Positions 33,687-36,674 of a stretch of DNA of 36,674 nt are shown here, one piece after another. The stretch is from contig NC_068983.1 in the NCBI RefSeq assembly GCF_001194135.2, positions 136,384,629 to 136,421,302 on the forward strand, given 5' to 3'. How positions within the stretch are numbered: position 1 is the first letter of the stretch; each line of letters begins with the position of its first letter. This DNA comes from Octopus bimaculoides. Its lineage: Eukaryota. A model generated the notes under the pieces. It was not told the DNA's origin. It worked only from the letters and a program-made list of their open reading frames with translations, and made no database searches. The position numbers and the translations under genes are program-made.

Positions 33687-33964
33687 GGCACCTTGGGCAA
33701 GTGTCCTCTACTATAGCCGACCTTGTGAATTTATTTGGTAGACGAAAACAGAAAGAAGCCCGTTGTATTTGTGTATGTGTTTGTGTGTGTATCTGTCCTC
33801 CTCTACCACTTGATAACCGATGTTAGTGTGTTTATGTTCCCGTAACTTAGCGATTCGGCAAAAGAGACCGATAGAATAGATACTGGGGTCGATTCGTTCG
33901 ACTAAATTCTGCAAGGCAGTGCCCAGCATGGCCGTAGTATAATGACTGAAACAAATTAAAATAA
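33687..33964 (+). mobile_element. CORE-like SINE (family B core, alternative tail), head missing
   Basis: ggcaccttgggcaagtgtcctctactatagcc...cgtaacttagcgattcggcaaaagagaccgatagaat...atgactgaaaca. Confidence 0.85.
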
Positions 33965-35399
33965 TGGCCATATCGTAAATAGCATTGATCGCCACTTGAC
34001 ATTTCAAGTGATCACCATTTGATTAATTATCAAATCTTTTGTCATCATCTATAAATTTGGGTTCGTGTAAACATATCCTTAATTAAAAAAAAAAAGAAAC
34101 GAATGTTAGGTCATAAAATATTTTGAAAAATAACAAAGCAAAAAAAATAAAATAATGAATAAACTAATCCATTATTTTCTTGAGAAGTTTCATGGGCACA
34201 TTTGTTTCATTTGTCACTATTAGGCTTATTGCAAGATACACTTGTCGAAGCTCAGATGATTTGCTTGCAGGTGTGTTGGAATATCTTTTTAGCATCAGAG
34301 TCGAATTACTAGTGCATAAAACATGTGCGGTGGACTTGTACTGAGAAAAATAATTGATTTTACAAATTTATAGGTATGGAACTTATGTTAATTTATTGTT
34401 AAAACCGTTCTGTTTAAATAGGCTTTTCAGAAGTTCGTGAGCGGGCGAAGATCCTCATAAAATTCCAAACTAGAACGCTCTGTTTATATGCTATCAAATT
34501 AAGAAACGATATGATCTACGACAACACATTCTTGCTATGCCAAAATAATGTATCGGGCATCAAATCACGCCAAAATTCGGTTTTTTCAAATCCACTCTTG
34601 TGCATGTTCCAAAAAGAAACTGTATGCCGTCAATTGACTCTAGTTTTGCTGTTAGTCTTCTCGGAATCAGCTCTTTTGACTTAAGGGGCTGCGAATAGGT
34701 ATTGTGGTATTCACGTTTTTTTTATTTATTTATTATTATTATTTTTAATGTGGGTATTAAGCAGAACAAGTGAAACAGCCACAGACGTGATTCACAGCTA
34801 AGCTATGACTTGTTTTGCTACGATGCTTACACCTATGCTATCCATCTTCAAGTCTATAATGATAATTGCTTGATTTTTGGTGAGATTGGATGTAAGGTGG
34901 CGTGCTGTGTCATTATAAGTTGTTGAGGAATATATTTTTGCGAAGACAAAAAAAAAAAACGATCAAGTAGTTTTCGCGAAGGTAAAGAATACGCACACTC
35001 GGTGTTTAGGGCGAGGATTACAGTTGCGTCGAAAACGGGTGGTGTGCGTATTTTTTTTTACCTCTGCTGTAGTTTTCGCATTGTTATATCATGATTAGTG
35101 CTCATGAAAGCTAGTTTTGAATATTATATATTTTCTCTTTATTCAATATTGTGATGACTTCCACAGCTCTCCTTACATATTTTACGAGGAGAGAACATCA
35201 AAACTCAACGTTTAACACGGATGTTCATCATTTACATAATTTTATTCACTTCTTTCTTTTACCGTTCTTACCCAGTATTAGTTCTAATTCGTTTGTGCAT
35301 TTCAGCTTATTGTATGAACGTCGCAACTGTTTATAAATCTTGAGTATCAATGCTTGTAAAAAAAAAAATTTTAATTAAAAAAAATCGAAGATAGATAAA

Positions 35400-35515
35400 C
35401 CCTGGATTTGGTGCTTTAATGTTCTGGGTACTAATTCAATTGAAGTCAACTTTACCTTTCCCCTTTCAGATTCGATAAAATAAGTACCAGTAAGACACGG
35501 ATATCGACTTAAACT
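35400..35515 (+). mobile_element. SINE family A fragment
   Basis: gtcaactttacctttcccctttcagattcgataaaataagtaccagt. Confidence 0.65.
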
Positions 35516-35789
35516 GTCATTGAGAAGGAAAATAATTGTACTTCGTCAATACACTTGTTATAGATCTACGCTAAATATTTGTTACATAATTGTTCGGAAA
35601 AGATATGTCACTCCTTTCTTTTATTCTCTTATCGACATCATGAGAAAAGTAGAGTCATGGAAATCTGACAGAAAACATCACAAGAACGCTGGATAGAATG
35701 TATTGCAACATGTGTTCTGGCTTTGTACGCTGAGATCAAACCTCATCCAGCTTAAATTTGACATTCATTCTTTCAGGGTTGATAATTAT

Positions 35790-35990
35790 AATATTCAATC
35801 CAAACAAGAAAAAACACGAAAAAACAACAGCACGAGGACGTGGAATAAGTACAGTGTTATTCGACGCTCAGGAAAGGAGAGAAAAGAAAGAGGATTTCAT
35901 GTTTCGAGCGGAGCTCTTCATCAGAAATATGGAGAAAGAAAATCGCCAACGATATACACGCAATCACATATTGAAATTTTCCTCTTCTCT
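35790..35990 (-). mobile_element. Probable Penelope-like terminal repeat fragment
   Basis: Contains a minus-strand hammerhead core. Boundaries are approximate and the family assignment is an inference. Confidence 0.5.
35894..35928 (-). ncRNA. Minimal hammerhead motif, probably inactivated
   Basis: AUUU-CUGAUGA-A-GAGC(UCC)GCUC-GAAAC-AUG-AAAU. Core and stem II are intact; the cleavage triplet reads AUG rather than NUH. Confidence 0.55.
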
Positions 35991-36411
35991 CTCATTCTTT
36001 CTTTATCGAGTTGGTTTAGAAAACATGGTTTTAACACATTGTATCATTCTCATTCAACCCGAGAATTGCGCGGATACAGTCTCTGTAGAATACTCAGTCA
36101 CTTAGACGTTAATTTCACGAGTAGGAATTCAGTTGATCGAACAATTGAATGCTTATCTTTGAGACAGATGGAGAACCTTCTTATTTAAGAATCCCATTTA
36201 TTGTTTGACGATTTTAATACATCAAAATAGAGAAATAGTATGGCAAGTCTGTTAATTAGCATCCAGCGAAAATTAAGGAAGTTTACCTATTTACCGTTGC
36301 TATTTAATTTGTTTAATTTAAACTGTATTGGATCTCGAAAATATTCAGAGGATTGGATTAGCCCTTATCCAATCCTACATAAAAGGAGAAGGCAATATTA
36401 ATTAGTGTTAG

Positions 36412-36608
36412 AAGGCGGCGAGCTGGCAAAATCGTTTTCACGCCGGGAAAAATGATGAGCACCATTTCGTTCGTCTTAAAGTTTTGAGTTCAAATTTCGA
36501 CGAGGTCAACTTTGCCTTTCATCCTTTCGGTGTCGATAAATTAAGTACCAGTCGACTTACTCCTTCCCCCAAAATTACTGGCCTTTTGCCAAAATTTGAA
36601 GCCAATAT
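36412..36608 (+). mobile_element. tRNA SINE family A with a short internal deletion
   Basis: aaggcggcgagctggc...gagttcaaatttcg...accagt|cgacttac lacks ~22 nt present in other copies. Confidence 0.9.
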
Positions 36609-36609
36609 C

Positions 36610-36674
36610 AGCACAAGGGCCGAGATTTGTGGGGAGTGTTACTCCAATACTTAATTGCACTTTATTTTAACGAC
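36610..36674 (-). mobile_element. 3' end of an oppositely oriented SINE, running off the window
   Basis: gcacaagggccgagatttgtggggag resembles the reverse-complement tail at 2070-2100. Confidence 0.55.

Noticed and set aside
35703-36188. 161-aa and 115-aa plus-strand ORFs
   Set aside because: They run through a SINE-like fragment and the antisense of a Penelope-like repeat; no recognisable domain.

Overview
AT-rich, repeat-dense eukaryotic genomic DNA with four assembly gaps. The SINE/RTE repertoire points to an octopus (coleoid cephalopod); this is an inference from recalled repeat families. The only host gene I can support is the first coding exon of the mRNA-decapping cofactor DCP1 (minus strand, 10659-10934). 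It has a 57-aa Ser/Thr/Ala-rich N-terminal extension, and no exon 2 is found in the ~10.6 kb downstream. The rest is mostly nested mobile-element debris: several tRNA-derived SINE families, RTE and CR1/L2 LINE fragments, an internally deleted mariner, two MITEs, and an R4/Dong-like RLE retrotransposon split by a solo LTR. Most notable: (i) the solo LTR plus its 4-bp target duplication forms an exact GT-AG intron whose removal would restore the host sequence base for base; (ii) three different Penelope-like repeat fragments each carry a minimal hammerhead-ribozyme motif; (iii) a cryptic, heavily decayed ~0.3-0.38 kb tandem repeat with codon-like conservation is split by later insertions. All calls were made by eye, without database searches, and most repeat boundaries are approximate.
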